Positions 21,661 through 33,581 of a stretch of 64,000 nucleotides of DNA are shown here, piece by piece; the first letter of the stretch is position 1, and the number at the start of each line of letters is the position of its first letter. The DNA comes from Sedimentisphaerales bacterium (GTDB lineage: Bacteria; Planctomycetota; Phycisphaerae; Sedimentisphaerales; Anaerobacaceae): the NCBI GenBank assembly GCA_963708075.1, contig OY970194.1, positions 416,001 through 480,000 on the forward strand. The letters run 5' to 3'. The translations under genes and the position numbers were made by a program. The notes beneath the pieces were generated by a model. It ran no database searches, was not told where the DNA came from, and worked only from the letters and a program-made list of their open reading frames with translations.

Positions 21661-23514
21661 CTACTGTTTCTTTTCTTCTTTCTTCTTGCCGCCGAGCAGA
21701 CCGCCGAGGCCCTCCACGATATTCGTTGCGGGCTTCTTGAGCGTGTCCTTCAACTCGGTCGGGACTTTATCGCCAAGCTGTTTTTCGAGTTGCTTATTGA
21801 GTTCATTGACAGCGCGATCCTTGCCGGCCTTGAGCAGGGCCTGCTTGAACTCCTCCGTCAGTCCCTTTGTATCGAAGACCAGCCGCGGGTCGGCCGTCGG
21901 ACCCACGACCCGGATCGTAGTGGTCAATTCCTTCAGAACCGCCATGACCTCGGAAGTCTGTTCCGCGCCGAGACCTAGTACGCCCTTGCCTGTCCCCTGG
22001 GCCTGCAGGTCCTTGAGATTCAGGTTGATCGTCAGATCCACCTGGTCCCTGGTCAGTTGCCCTGTGAACGTGCCCGAGGCCTTGCCCGACTGAAACGCGA
22101 TGCCGGCGTCCGGCGAGAGCGACGACTGCATCGTGCTCAGGTCGAAGCCCTCGAATGTCCCGGAGACCTCCGGCGCGCTGCCGGGCTTGGAGTAGTCCAG
22201 GGCGATCTTCATCGCCGCGGGCGTCTCGTAGGACTTCATCTCCAGTGTGATCGGCAGCCCGGCCGCCTTCGGGGCGTCGTTGAGATTCGTCACCAGGATC
22301 TGGCTGTTCTTGAAGAGCTCCGACGGAATCACGACCTTGTCGGCCAGCACCTTCTTGGCCAGCACTCTCGGCGACGGCAGCTCTTTCGCTCTGGCCGTCA
22401 AGTATTCAAGATAGTTCTCGGGCTTCTTCTCGGCCGCGACCTCGTCCTCGCCGGCCTCATTGGAGTCGGGCAGCCACTCGCGGAGCTTACGCAACTGCTC
22501 CTTGACCTTCTTGATGTCCTTGACGTATTTCTCGAGCTTGCCGAGGTTTTCCGCCGTGACGCCGTAATCGCAGGGGTCGAAGGGCTTGTTCGCATCTGCC
22601 GGAACGGGCAACACGACGCCGGGCGTCTGTCTCGCCTGGTTGAACCGCACCTCCGAGATGGTCACGTTCTCCATGACGACTCGGCCTATGAGCAGGTCGC
22701 GCATATTGGCATCGGCCTCGACCTTCTCGATGGCCAGTTGATTCTGCTGTGGCTGCTGCGGGTCGGTGAACTGCAGACCTGTGACGTGCGCATTGCCGCC
22801 GAGCACGGAGAGGCCCAGGTCCCCGATATCGACCTCGGCCTTGTTGGCGTTGGTCAGCGTCTTGGCGGTGTACTGCTTGATCATCGTGCCCTGGAGGAAG
22901 TGGGCGGCGACGAGGAAGCCTCCGACAAGCAGCACGGCCAGTGCCACGCCGACCTTGCGGACGAACTTGGCCTTGGCGAACATGGACTTGACGTCCCTGG
23001 TGCGCTTGCCGATGATGAGCCAGTCGAGAAACCGCACCCAGAATTTGGAGTAGTACAGGCGGAATCTCTCCGATTTCTCGTCGAGTTTGACCATCATCCG
23101 TCGGAAGTTGATGACGATGAGAGCCATCGCGATGCCCGCGACCGCGCCGACGATGGGCCCGATGACCAGCCCGCCGACCAGCGCGAAGCGGCTGTAGTCC
23201 GTGAGGCCGATCACCGGGATCGACGAGAGCGTCGCCAGCACACCGGGCGCATGGCCGTGCACCCAGATCCCCGTATGGTACAGCACAGGCGCCGCCGCCA
23301 GGCTCAACGCCTTGGCCGCGCCCAGCGACAGAATGAACAATCCCAGGTTGAGGTTCACGACCAGGACGATGACCACCAGCACGGTATGCAGGCCCGACCA
23401 GCCCGGCATCATCCCCATCCACGCGCCCATCAGCACCGACAGGAAGATCAGCGGCGGGGCGACGTTGCCCCGGAACACCGCCGATAGCTTCCGCACGAAT
23501 CCCGGAAGAATCAT
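21661..23514 (-). CDS. DUF2062/TIGR03546-like membrane domain fused to a TIGR03545/AsmA-like periplasmic domain
   Basis: Multi-TM N-terminus, then ANKAEVDIG...GLQFTDPQQPQQNQL and beta-rich repeats. AAAGG SD. TTGCAC-18 bp-TATAAT at 23607-23578. Confidence 0.7.
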   Translation of the reverse strand: MILPGFVRKLSAVFRGNVAPPLIFLSVLMGAWMGMMPGWSGLHTVLVVIVLVVNLNLGLFILSLGAAKALSLAAAPVLYHTGIWVHGHAPGVLATLSSIPVIGLTDYSRFALVGGLVIGPIVGAVAGIAMALIVINFRRMMVKLDEKSERFRLYYSKFWVRFLDWLIIGKRTRDVKSMFAKAKFVRKVGVALAVLLVGGFLVAAHFLQGTMIKQYTAKTLTNANKAEVDIGDLGLSVLGGNAHVTGLQFTDPQQPQQNQLAIEKVEADANMRDLLIGRVVMENVTISEVRFNQARQTPGVVLPVPADANKPFDPCDYGVTAENLGKLEKYVKDIKKVKEQLRKLREWLPDSNEAGEDEVAAEKKPENYLEYLTARAKELPSPRVLAKKVLADKVVIPSELFKNSQILVTNLNDAPKAAGLPITLEMKSYETPAAMKIALDYSKPGSAPEVSGTFEGFDLSTMQSSLSPDAGIAFQSGKASGTFTGQLTRDQVDLTINLNLKDLQAQGTGKGVLGLGAEQTSEVMAVLKELTTTIRVVGPTADPRLVFDTKGLTEEFKQALLKAGKDRAVNELNKQLEKQLGDKVPTELKDTLKKPATNIVEGLGGLLGGKKKEEKKQ

Positions 23515-23770
23515 GGAAAACCACCTTTCTTTCTGCAATCGAGTTGCGTATTTATGCCCCAGATTTTCAAGGGGCGGATTATACCCCTGCGGGACGCCAA
23601 TGTGCAACCGAAATCCAAGAACCGTCGAGGTTGCCGGTGCACGACAAAAACGCAGTAATTGAAGCGGGTGGTGCAGCAAGGCCGACAAGGGCGGCCATCC
23701 AGGATCCGGTGGTCTTCACGTCATTTCCTCTGTTGCTCAGTAAGATCAAGATGAGTGCAACGGTGCGATC

Positions 23771-24280
23771 ATGACGAAACGTATGAGAAGGCTGCTTGTG
23801 GCGGTGGTCGGTTTGGCCGGCGGCCTGCTGATGCTCGTGGGAGCCTTCCGGTGGCATTCCGGAAGAACACCGGCATTTCGATTCCTGGGTGATCAGCGGC
23901 CCGTATATCACACGTGGAGTCAAGACGCGAGCATGGACATCTACGCCGTGCCGGGCGAGTTCGAGAGCGTATGTGCGGAGGTGAGCAAGAGACTATTGTG
24001 TGCCGGATTTGTGGATATCTCATTTCCGGATTTGGGTAATAGGTATCGCGAGTTCACTCTGCCGGGTCTCGACCGAATCGCCGTCTATGTGCGCCGTGAA
24101 ACGTTCGGAAAAGGGACTGAATATGTCAGTTACTATCGCGATGTGCCATGCCTTGTATCCGTAGAAATTGCGCAGAGCCGTCAATCCCTCCGGCGGTACT
24201 TGTCGCAGCCGCTGCGGCGCCGGATTCCGCCACCGCCGCCCGTTCCGAAGTTGAAGCGAGCAACTGAGTCTCACGGCTAA
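23771..24280 (+). CDS. Hypothetical membrane-anchored protein
   Basis: N-terminal basic plus hydrophobic anchor; 169 aa. Confidence 0.6.
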   Translation: MTKRMRRLLVAVVGLAGGLLMLVGAFRWHSGRTPAFRFLGDQRPVYHTWSQDASMDIYAVPGEFESVCAEVSKRLLCAGFVDISFPDLGNRYREFTLPGLDRIAVYVRRETFGKGTEYVSYYRDVPCLVSVEIAQSRQSLRRYLSQPLRRRIPPPPPVPKLKRATESHG

Positions 24281-24750
24281 CACCTGGAGACGGGCCTCGG
24301 GTCACATCTTTGATTCACTCGTTTCAGGGTCTGGAGGAACCGGGGGGGCGGTTCAGGTTTCGAGTGAAAAAAACTGGTGAGTTTCGGGCGCGAATGCCGA
24401 TAGAAAAGATGAAAACCGTTTCATCTTTTTCTCCGGCGTCGTTGCGTGGACGACGCCTTTTTTATTGTCGAGAATGTCCAGGATTCCCGGGGCTGCGGCC
24501 GCAAAGCGACCCCAGTCTAACGCTGTTGAGGCTCCAGCCTGGGTACTGGTGGTCGGCTTAGACAGAGCTGCCATGTTGGCCGCGGCGCATGCGCGGTCAT
24601 GCTGGCGGCGACAAACTGGCAGACTCACCAACGCGTTGTTCCTGGATAGAGATATTATCGGCCGTCATTTGCACCAACCAGTCGATTTCTGGTGTTGGGG
24701 TGTTTGCCGGTGGCGGGGCCAACGACCGTGGCATGGAAGAGCAGGCATTA

Positions 24751-26001
24751 TCACTGGCCGGATGCGGCGAGTGTGTTGGGATCGACGGTGGGGATTTGCC
24801 AGGCGAAGATCGGATACTGGGGCAAAGCGGGGATGGTCCAATAATCTGTGTTGTCTGCTTGCGGTGATAGGTCCCAGCCGGCGTGCGTGAACGTGGCGGC
24901 CGTCTGGAGTTGTGGCGTCGGTAGGCCGGTCCCGCCGGCGCTGGTGGTCGTGCCGCTGGTCTGGATGTCCCAGAAGGAGCCTTCGACGACGCAGTCCGGC
25001 TCAGTGATCCCTACGAGCCCACCCGTATCTGTGCGGCCGGTCACGAGGCCGGTGCTGTAGCACTTGTGGATAACGCCGGGGAAGCTGCCGCTGTCGTCAA
25101 AGCAAGGGCCATTATAGCTCACGAGTCCGCCGAGGATCGTGCCGCCCTCTATGGACGTTGTCGAATAGCAGTTCATCACTGTTGCGCCTTCGCTGGCGCC
25201 GATAAGCCCGCCGATGTACGACGATCCCGTGGCGAATCCCTTTGCCGAGGACCACTCGATGGCCGCGGAAGTGCAAGCACCGGCCAGGCCGCCGACGCGG
25301 CTGATCCCGGCGATATTTGCGTCCGCCACGCAGTCGCGAACCTCCGCGTCCCAGGCGCACAGCCCCACGAGTCCACCCACCGAGTACTGGCCGTGGACCT
25401 CCGCCTGAGCCGTACATCCTGTGATGCGGGCGTATGTCCAGCCGACCAGCCCGCCGACCGCGCTATAGCCCACCACGTGACCTCCTTCCACGCGACATCG
25501 GAGCACCTCGCCTGTTCCCAGGTGCCCGACGAGAGCGCCAACGGAGATGCCGGTGACGGCCTCGATGTTGGGATCGACCAGACACAGGTCGCGGACGCCG
25601 CCGTTGAGGGCGCGAATGTGTCCGAAAAGCCCTACTCGGTTGTGTCCGGGAGCGATGCAGGTAATGTGCAGAATCCTTTTGCCGGCTCCATCGAAGCTCC
25701 CGCGGAAGGGGATCGTGGCGTTACCGATCATGTATGCGGGGTGCCCCGGGACATCAGCCATATCGATATCGGCCGTCAGCTTGAAGTGGGCGGACCAATG
25801 GTTCGGGTCGGCCGCCAATGCGAGCAGGTCACGCGGGGCGCCGATGAGATAGGGATCTTCCCGCGTGCCGCTGCCGCCGCTGTAGCTTGCCTGGCTCCGC
25901 GAGACCGCCACAAACGACAGTAGCAGGGGCACCAGGATAAGGACCCGGCTGGACTGTCCCAGTCGTAACCCGTCATTCCACCTGTGTGGTTTGCTGGTCA
26001 C
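24751..26001 (-). CDS. Secreted GLUG-motif repeat protein
   Basis: YSGGSGTREDPYLI, FKLTADID, FRGSFDG, repeated VGGLVG and SFWDIQTSG. Start uncertain. Confidence 0.85.
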   Translation of the reverse strand: MTSKPHRWNDGLRLGQSSRVLILVPLLLSFVAVSRSQASYSGGSGTREDPYLIGAPRDLLALAADPNHWSAHFKLTADIDMADVPGHPAYMIGNATIPFRGSFDGAGKRILHITCIAPGHNRVGLFGHIRALNGGVRDLCLVDPNIEAVTGISVGALVGHLGTGEVLRCRVEGGHVVGYSAVGGLVGWTYARITGCTAQAEVHGQYSVGGLVGLCAWDAEVRDCVADANIAGISRVGGLAGACTSAAIEWSSAKGFATGSSYIGGLIGASEGATVMNCYSTTSIEGGTILGGLVSYNGPCFDDSGSFPGVIHKCYSTGLVTGRTDTGGLVGITEPDCVVEGSFWDIQTSGTTTSAGGTGLPTPQLQTAATFTHAGWDLSPQADNTDYWTIPALPQYPIFAWQIPTVDPNTLAASGQ

Positions 26002-26443
26002 CGTGCATTCATCCAATGAGTGAATTGTTCCGCCCCAGGGGGCCGGCTGCGCAGACACCAACGAATGGCATCCGGGCACGTCCGTCGCTTCCATGCGTGT
26101 TGCATCTGAACCTGTGCACCTTATTCTACCACCGGGCCTGATGTTTGTCCAGACCGTGCCCAAAGGCGATGTGGTTTGTGATTGGAGCGCCGGGCGGGAA
26201 ATCACCAAAAAAGGACAGAACCGTAATCAAACGGTAACATGGCGGCGGCACAGTATGCGCATGCGAAACCGAGGATGTGCCGTCTCGTTCAGCAAACCAC
26301 TGCAAATATTCAACTTGTGGAAAGTGGCTGGTTTTCGTAAGGTATCGACGCAATGATTTGCCGCCCGGCGCGTCTATAGTACTGTAATGCCGATACGCCG
26401 AAACGGTCGTGGGCAGCATGTTAGGATTAGGAAGGGCCTGAGA

Positions 26444-27833
26444 GTGAGAAAGCTTCGCATACTGATCATTCTTGTCGTCGTGATTGCCGTCGCGGGCCTG
26501 GCGGTGGCCTTTGTCGTGCGGAAGCGAGCCGCGGCCGGCAAAAAGCCCACCATAGTCCGCGTCGAAGAGGTCCAGCCGGGCGAGTTGATCGAGTTCGTCA
26601 GCGCCCCGGGCGAAATCGAGCCGAAGAGCAAGGTCGAGATCAGCGCCAAGGTTTCCGCTCGCGTGGTGGCCCTGCCGTACGACGAGGGCGATACGGTCAC
26701 CGGTGGCGACCCGAACGCCAATCCGCCGGTGCCGGCGTCGTTGCTGGTGCAGCTCGATTCCAAGGATCTGGAGAGCCGACTGCTCGAAGCCCAGGCCCGC
26801 CGGGCCGCACAGGCCGCGGGGATTGAGGCGGAGAAGGCCAGAATCGCCAGCCAGAAGGCCGGTCTTATCGGTACCGCCGCCACACTCGAACAGGCGAAAA
26901 CGAATCTGGAGCGACAGACCAAACTGATCGCGACGAATGACATCAGTCAGGCCGAATTCGATGCGGTGCAGTTGAAGCTGGACGAGTTGCAGGCCCAGTA
27001 CAACGCGGCCAAACGTACGCTTGAGGCGGCGGACTTGAATCTGCAGGTACTGGAGCACAACCTCGAAGCGGCCGACGCCGGTATTGCCCAGGCAAAGGAG
27101 AATCTCAGTTACAGCACCATCACCTCGCCCATCGACGGGATCATTACGCGTCTCAACGCGGAGGTCGGCGAAATGGTCATGACCGGCACCATGAACAACC
27201 CCGGCACGGTGATCATGGAGGTCGGCGACCTGTCCCAGATGCTTGTCGTGGCCCAGGTGGATGAGGCGGACGTGGGCAAGCTGGAGATCGGCCAGAAGGC
27301 AAAAGTGTTCATCGATGCCTTCCTGAATTGCGAGTTCACGGGCAAGGTGTACAAGATTGCGCTGTCGAACGATCTCTCGCGGCAGGGGACGAAGTACTAC
27401 CGGACGGAAATCCTGCTGGATCCGACGGAGCAAAGACTTCATTCCGGCCTGACGGCGAACGTGGACATCGAGACGCGCAAGCACGGCGAGGTGCTGGCCG
27501 TGCCGTCGCAGGCGGTCATGACGCGAGAGATCGAGAGCCTGCCGCTGGAGATTCGTGACAAGTCGTCCAACATGGACAAATCCAAGACCTTCGCGACCAT
27601 CCTCTTCCGGTACAACGACGGCAAGGCGATCATCACGCCCGTCAAGATCGGCCCGAGCAACCTGACCCACACGATCATCGAGGCGGGTGTCGAGAAGGCC
27701 GAGAAGGTCGTCGTCGGGCCGTACAAGGAGTTGGAGAAGCTCAAGCACGATCAGGTCATCAAGGATGAGCGTGAAGCCAAAGCCGAGGAAGAGGCCAAAA
27801 AGAAGGGCGCCAAAGATATCAACGACGTGAACG

Positions 27834-27850
<17 letters not shown>
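26444..27850 (+). CDS. Efflux periplasmic adaptor (MacA/HlyD-like)
   Basis: TM anchor, VEISAKVSARV, coiled coil, TITSPIDG and VDEADV. Confidence 0.9.
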
Positions 27851-28586
<736 letters not shown>

Positions 28587-28590
<4 letters not shown>

Positions 28591-29873
28591 AACCTGTGCT
28601 CACCATACTCAAGACCATCCTCGGAATATTCCTGGCCTTCTTCCGGCTGTTCTACCAGAGCATCTACCTGGCCCTGGGCCAGATCTGGGTGAACAAGACG
28701 CGATCCGTGCTGACGACCCTGGGCATCGTGATCGGTGTTGCCTCGGTGACCGCTGTCATCGCCGCACTGACCGGTCTGAAGGCCAAGATCCTGACCCAGG
28801 TCGAGACTCTGGGGACCAATACCATCTTCATCTCTCCTCGCGTCCCCGACACCGGTCGCAATCGCCACGCGGGCTGGTGGCAGATGCGGTTTCGACCGGA
28901 GCAGATGGACGATCTGCTCGAACACTGCCCCTCGGTTGCGGTGCTCAGTCGCGTGGGCGGCGTCGGGTGGCGCACCGTCAAATTTGGAGAACAGTCGGTG
29001 GATCGCGTGGAGGTCCAGGGCATTGAGCCGGACTTCCATCAGATTGAGCATCGGCCCGTCGTTCTGGGCCGTGTCTTCTCCCCGATCGATGATATGCAGG
29101 TCCGCCAGGTCTGTCTGATCGACCCGAAGCTGCGGGACAAGTTGCGTCTCGATCATGACTGCATTGGCGAAACCATTCGCATCGGGTATCATGCGTTTCG
29201 TATCGTCGGTGTGATCGAGTCCCGCCCGCAGATGAATTTCGGCGACTCCGGCCAGGAGAGGTACGAGGTCTTCATCCCCTTCAAAACGCTCGATAAGCTC
29301 GGCGATCCGTTCATGTGGGCCATGGCCACCGGCAAGTCCGCCGAGACCCTGGAGGAAGCCCAGGCGGAGATCCGATTTTTCCTCCGCCGCACCCGCGGCA
29401 TTCGGCCGGGCGAGCCGGACACCTTCCGCGTCGAGTCCCTCCAGAGTGCCCTTCAGACGTTCAACAAGATCGCCGTGATTGTCACCATGGTCGCCGGCGG
29501 CATCGTCGGCATCTCCCTGCTCGTCGGCGGCGTCGGCATCATGAACATCATGCTCGTCTCCGTTTCCGAGCGCACCCGCGAGATCGGCCTGCGCAAGGCC
29601 GTCGGCGCCAAGCGCTCGGCGATTCTCACGCAATTCATGATCGAATCGATCACGCTCTGTTTCGTCGGCGGACTCGTCGGCGTCGGTTTCGGCCAATTGC
29701 TGACCATGGCCATCGCCAATATCCCGCAGGTCAAGCTGGACCTGGCGCACATCCCCCTGTGGGCGATCGGCCTGTCCTTCAGCTTCGCCGGTTTCGTCGG
29801 CATCGTCTTTGGAATGGTCCCGGCGATCAAGGCCGCACGGTTGGACCCTATTGAGGCGCTCAGGCATGAATAG
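28587..29873 (+). CDS. ABC transporter permease (MacB/FtsX-like)
   Basis: RSVLTTLGIVIGV, VGGVGIMNIMLVSVSERTREIGLRKAVGA and PAIKAARLDPIEALRHE. ATGA overlap with the ATPase stop. Confidence 0.92.
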
Positions 29874-31593
29874 TCAGAAGGGAAGAAGAGAAGAACGCAG
29901 GACGGTAAGATCTTTGCTTGTCGCATTCCTGACCTCGCACCTTTCCTGCTTCCTGCCTTTTTGCCTTCTTGCGTTCCTGCCGGCAGGGGGCTGTCAGTCA
30001 CATACGGCCGTCTACGAGCCGGCCAAGGCCGAAGAGATTCGCGAGAAGATCTACGACATCAAGCCGCTGGAGCTCAAGAAGGCTGAACCGAATACAGTCT
30101 CACCGACCGACGCCAATGAGCCGCCGGCCACGAAGATGGAATTGTCGCTCGAACAGTGTCGGGCCCTGGCGCTGGAGAACAACCTGCAACTGAAGGCCAG
30201 TCTGATCAGTCCGACTATCGCCGCCGCCCGGCTCAGCGAGGAAGAGGCCGCGTTCGAGTCGGCCTTCTTCGCCAACGCCGATTTCCGTAAGACCGATATA
30301 CCTTCCGGGGGTTCGAGGCAAGTCGGCGACCCCCCCGTTTTCATCCCCATCCTGGCCACCTCCCAGAATGAAAGCACCGCAGTCGATCTTGGTGTCCAGG
30401 TGCCGTTGCGGACCGGCGGTACTGTGACCTTCGACCTTGGCGACAGCCGGAATAAGAATCTGGACATGGACGGACCCTTCAACCCATCTTATGAGAATTC
30501 ACTGTCCGTTTCTGTGAGTCAGCCGCTTCTGCGGAACGCGGGGCAGTGGGCGAATACGTACTCCATCCGGATTGCGGCCTACGACCGCGACATTGTCAGC
30601 GCGAGGACAAAGCTCGATGTCATCACTGTTCTCGCGGCCATCGATCGCGTCTACTGGCGTCTCTACGCCGCCCGCCGGGAGCTGGAAGTGCGCCAGCAGC
30701 AGTATGAGCTCTCGCAGGTCCAACTTGAGCGGGCCCGTCGTCTCGTCGAGGCCGGTCAGCGGCCCCAGGTGGAAATCATCCGCGCTGAATCAGGGGTGGC
30801 CCAGCAATTGGAGGCGATCATCGTGGCAGAGAACACCCTGCGTGACCGCGAGCGGGAGCTCAAGCGGGTCATCAACAAGGCAGGCCTGGGTATTCAGAGT
30901 CCAACGATTGTAGTTCCAGCCAGCAAGCCGGATCCGGTCCGCTATGATCTGGAGCAGGCAAGGCTTACCCGGCAGGCCCTGGATTCCCGCATGGAATTGC
31001 TCGAATTGCAATTGCAGCTCCTCCAGGATGCCAGCACCGTGGATCTCGCACGCAACCAGACACTTCCCGCGGCTACCCTCGACTACTCATACATTATCGG
31101 CGGAACCGGCGAAGCGCGCGATGAATCATTCGACATGCTTTTCAGCAGTGACTTCGTCAACCACCGCCTGGGCCTGCAGATGCTCGTTCCCCTCGGCAAC
31201 CAGGCGGCCAAGAGCAGGCTGCGGCAGGCGATCTATCAGCGCCGTCAACGGCTCACCACGCGGTCCGACCGTGAGGAACTGATCAAACTGGAGGTCCTCA
31301 ACGCCATTGACCAGGTCGAGGCCAACTGGCAGCGGATTCTGGCCGCCCGGCAGAACACGATCGTGAACGCCCGGCTGTATGAGGCCGAGAAGCGGGAGTT
31401 CGAGGTGGGCATGAGCACCAGCACGAATGTGCTCGATGCTCAATTCAATTTCGCCAACGCCCAGACCTCTGAGATTCGGGCACTGGCGGATTACCAGATC
31501 TCGCTCGTGGACCTGGCCTACGCCACCGGCACGGTCCTCGGCGCCGCCAGGATTCAGTGGGAGCCCATCGTCCCCGAAGCAGGGGTCGATTGA
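29866..31593 (+). CDS. TolC-family outer membrane efflux protein
   Basis: LSLEQCRALALENN, SVSQPLL and G...NVLDAQ repeats. Lipobox-like AGGC. Operonic with adaptor and ABC genes. Confidence 0.88.
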   Translation: MNSQKGRREERRTVRSLLVAFLTSHLSCFLPFCLLAFLPAGGCQSHTAVYEPAKAEEIREKIYDIKPLELKKAEPNTVSPTDANEPPATKMELSLEQCRALALENNLQLKASLISPTIAAARLSEEEAAFESAFFANADFRKTDIPSGGSRQVGDPPVFIPILATSQNESTAVDLGVQVPLRTGGTVTFDLGDSRNKNLDMDGPFNPSYENSLSVSVSQPLLRNAGQWANTYSIRIAAYDRDIVSARTKLDVITVLAAIDRVYWRLYAARRELEVRQQQYELSQVQLERARRLVEAGQRPQVEIIRAESGVAQQLEAIIVAENTLRDRERELKRVINKAGLGIQSPTIVVPASKPDPVRYDLEQARLTRQALDSRMELLELQLQLLQDASTVDLARNQTLPAATLDYSYIIGGTGEARDESFDMLFSSDFVNHRLGLQMLVPLGNQAAKSRLRQAIYQRRQRLTTRSDREELIKLEVLNAIDQVEANWQRILAARQNTIVNARLYEAEKREFEVGMSTSTNVLDAQFNFANAQTSEIRALADYQISLVDLAYATGTVLGAARIQWEPIVPEAGVD

Positions 31594-31892
31594 TCCTCGC
31601 CCGTGAACTCGACGCCATCGATGCCCGCGTCCGGCACTGTACAAGCATTTCCTCACTGCGCCCGGCAAGAAGTGTACTATCCGCGTCCCGGATTCAAGAA
31701 CGCCGATTCCGCAAGAGCGAGGCACAGACTCCGGCCCACCAGACGCCGAAAACGCCCCTCTTAACCTCGACTTGGCACCCATTCAGGACCGATGGCCGAA
31801 GCTGCCGGAGCACATTCGGCAAACCGTCTTGACCCTGGTCCGGGCACAAGGGCAGGACTGACGGGAACTGAGGCCGGTGAAGATGCCAAAAC

Positions 31893-31924
31893 AAAAAGGG
31901 CTGCAAACTGAAACTTGCAGCCCT
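31893..31924 (-). terminator. Rho-independent terminator after the PEP-CTERM gene
   Basis: AGGGCTGCAA...TTGCAGCCCT hairpin followed by a T run on the minus strand. Confidence 0.7.
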
Positions 31925-31950
31925 CACGATACTTCACTGCAGAGTCGGAC

Positions 31951-32613
31951 CTACAACACTCTGCGTCTGCGCAGATGACCCAGGAGACCCATCCCCAGGG
32001 CGCCGAGCAGGACTGCTCCCGGAGCGGGGACTTGATAGATCATGTTCGGGCCATCGAAGAAGTCCGGAGCGCCCGGACCCCACGTCTGTGCCGGGAACAG
32101 GGGGGCTGAATCTGCGCCCGTTAGCGTCCACACAGACTGGAGAAACTGAATCCCGCCGCCATTGAATGTTGGCCTGAGTCCGTCGTATGAGCCGTTGTGC
32201 GCCGGATTGGCGGACGAGAAGCCGTAGGCGACGATAGTGTACTGTCCGACTGTCAGCGACAGCGGGGTGCTCAACGGCTTGAACAGGTAGTTGCTCGCTG
32301 CATCGAACACGCCCGGATCGGCGGCTGTGAAGCTCATCTGAGCAATCATGTTTTGCTGCCCGTCGAACAGGACGGTCGTGAGCGTATCCTCGCCGGCTAT
32401 GCCATCCGCTCCGCTGTCGTACACGCCGAGTTCCAGGACTTCGACGCGCGGATCGACGACATTGAACGTCAATCCCACGCCGCTCCAGGCCTGGTTTCCC
32501 CAGATCGTATCGGCGGTGTGCATGGGAGTAGGGACCGCGGTTGCCGACATTGGAAGAGCGGCCAGCAAGGCTGCGACTACCATCGCCCACATCTGCTTGG
32601 TTAGCGTCTTCAT
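31951..32613 (-). CDS. PEP-CTERM-type sorted surface protein
   Basis: Signal peptide. C-terminal VPAPGAVLLGALGMGLLGHLRRRR. GGAGG SD. Confidence 0.88.
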   Translation of the reverse strand: MKTLTKQMWAMVVAALLAALPMSATAVPTPMHTADTIWGNQAWSGVGLTFNVVDPRVEVLELGVYDSGADGIAGEDTLTTVLFDGQQNMIAQMSFTAADPGVFDAASNYLFKPLSTPLSLTVGQYTIVAYGFSSANPAHNGSYDGLRPTFNGGGIQFLQSVWTLTGADSAPLFPAQTWGPGAPDFFDGPNMIYQVPAPGAVLLGALGMGLLGHLRRRRVL

Positions 32614-32709
32614 CTTGTCCTCCCGACACGTAAGTGTCATTGAGAGAAGCGGTTCTGGTGTCCCCTTCAAGCAGCCTCCGAAGAGACACAGGTTTTCCCA
32701 ACGTCAGGT

Positions 32710-33093
32710 TCATCGCACCTCAGACGAATGACAACACACATCCATTATCCCCCGGACGAAGCTTCTGTGATCGAGAGACTCCTGGGCGGCGGTCTTGTCC
32801 GCGACGAACTGAAGAAGCTTGGATAGTCCCACCCGCCTGAAGATGGCCATGATACCGGGCGAGATAGAGTACAGGATCAGTTGCCGTCCCGTTGTGCTGA
32901 GTAGCCGGTTCAGGATAATCAGGCCGCACATTGTCACCGAGGACATGGTCTCAACCCGTGTGAAGTCCACGATGACATGGCGGTTTGCCCTGGGGGTGGT
33001 CAGCCGTGCGGCGGTTTCCAACTCACTGCTCCGGTCCGGCTCCTGGGGCAGAGTGATAAGAAGGGCACTCTCAGAGAGGTTGTGAAGAGCCAT
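32710..33093 (-). CDS. STAS domain protein (anti-sigma factor antagonist-like)
   Basis: VIVDFTRVETMSS and IFRRVGL. Confidence 0.85.
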   Translation of the reverse strand: MALHNLSESALLITLPQEPDRSSELETAARLTTPRANRHVIVDFTRVETMSSVTMCGLIILNRLLSTTGRQLILYSISPGIMAIFRRVGLSKLLQFVADKTAAQESLDHRSFVRGIMDVCCHSSEVR

Positions 33094-33371
33094 GAGACAT
33101 CTTGATTCGAGTGAGCGGCATTATACCGCGCCCTGAAGGTCCGTCCGAACACCGTTACTTCGGATTGCCGCCCTCATGTAAAATATAACCCGGCTGATGT
33201 AAAATCCAAATTCACCCGGAGAAAAATGCCCATTTTCTGGGACGCCGGTTGCCTGAGTTCGGCCGGTTGGCCCTTGCGGCGGGATCGTTGCATCTCCGGT
33301 CTGCTGAGTCCCTCAGGGGATATGTGAAGGGCTGATTGCGAATTGGCGCAAGTCATCGCAGGAGAGAAGGA

Positions 33372-33445
33372 TGCGCCCGGCAAGATTCGAACTTGCGACC
33401 TCCGGTTTAGGAAACCGATGCTCTATCCTGCTGAGCTACGGGCGC
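33372..33445 (-). tRNA. tRNA-Arg (anticodon CCT)
   Basis: GCGCCCGTAGCTCAGCAGGATAGAGCATCGGTTTCCTAAACCGGAGGTCGCAAGTTCGAATCTTGCCGGGCGCA folds as a cloverleaf. CCA is not encoded. Confidence 0.95.
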
Positions 33446-33581
33446 AAAGGCTTATATGCAAAGCACTTATGCGTGCCCCCGTCCTGTTGCGGCAAGGGAC
33501 GCTCAAATGCTCCTTTGTCTACATTACCGCAAGCCGGCCGGGACTGCAAGCAGATTAGACGCGGAGTTTTGGATGCCTGCA

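Noticed and set aside
33372..33445. Integrative element at tRNA-Arg
   Set aside because: No integrase and no duplicated tRNA 3' end seen in the window.
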